DNA of 8,634 nucleotides from Balanoglossus misakiensis. Taxonomy: Eukaryota; Animalia; Hemichordata. This document shows positions 8,548 through 8,634 of the stretch, piece after piece (the stretch's first letter is position 1; every line of letters begins with the position of its first letter). The notes under the pieces are model-generated. The model searched no databases, was not told the DNA's origin, and saw only the letters and a list, made by a program, of their open reading frames with translations. A program made the position numbers and the translations under genes. The DNA lies in contig CM082592.2 of the NCBI GenBank assembly GCA_040954595.2, positions 5,105,772-5,114,405 of the forward strand, written 5' to 3'.

Positions 8548-8634
8548 GTTAGTACTAGAATATACAACTTTTTATACTTGTAAAATGAGTATATTCTTTG
8601 TGCGTAATAGGATTTTTTCTATGAAAACCTGCTA
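8110..8634 (+). repeat. Direct duplication with about 369-bp offset covering exon 3' end, donor site and proximal intron
   Basis: AGTTAGAAAGAAGGGAACAAGCAGAAAATGTGC...GAACCTTCAGGTTAGTATTAGAATA (8110-8193) vs AGTTAGAAAGAAGGAAACAAGCAGAAAATGTGC...GAACCTCCAGGTTAGTACTAGAATA (8479-8562); weaker similarity continues (ATACTTG; TTTTCTATGA). Confidence 0.9.
8398..8547 (+). CDS. Exon G: 150-nt symmetric (phase 1-1) spacer exon, partly duplicating the 3' end of exon F
   Basis: Acceptor ttgcttctccAG (8396-8397), donor CAG|GTTAGT (8548). Open frame (V)PAGTQTHGSSHGLQDMKPQEFSGGSCKLERRKQAENVQTKECVDQPEPP. Confidence 0.75.

Noticed and set aside
1-8634. Prokaryotic defence system, CRISPR array or structural RNA gene
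   Set aside because: Spliceosomal exon-intron structure throughout; no repeat-spacer array, operon, tRNA or rRNA pattern seen.

Overview
Eukaryotic (animal, probably marine invertebrate) genomic DNA, not prokaryotic. The + strand carries seven phase-compatible GT-AG exons (2427-2707, 3977-4076, 4606-4751, 5046-6312, 7083-7146, 7850-8178, 8398-8547; 2337 nt, about 779 codons, no in-frame stop) of a ROCO-family gene truncated at both ends by the window. The spliced product reads: Roc GTPase (G3 WDYAGQ, G4 GTKKD, G5-like IDNKS), COR domain, Cys-rich segment, acidic linker, death effector domain (DED), then a 150-nt exon arising from a local duplication. The P-loop exon lies upstream of the window. 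The introns hold non-autonomous DNA transposon relics: a three-level nest at 71-1348 (old inverted-repeat pair > 760-bp TIR element with 9-bp TSD > 338-bp Tc2/pogo-like MITE with TA TSD), two further foldback elements, microsatellites, and several probable Tc1/mariner excision footprints. Most short ORFs in the supplied track are spurious or are exon read-throughs.
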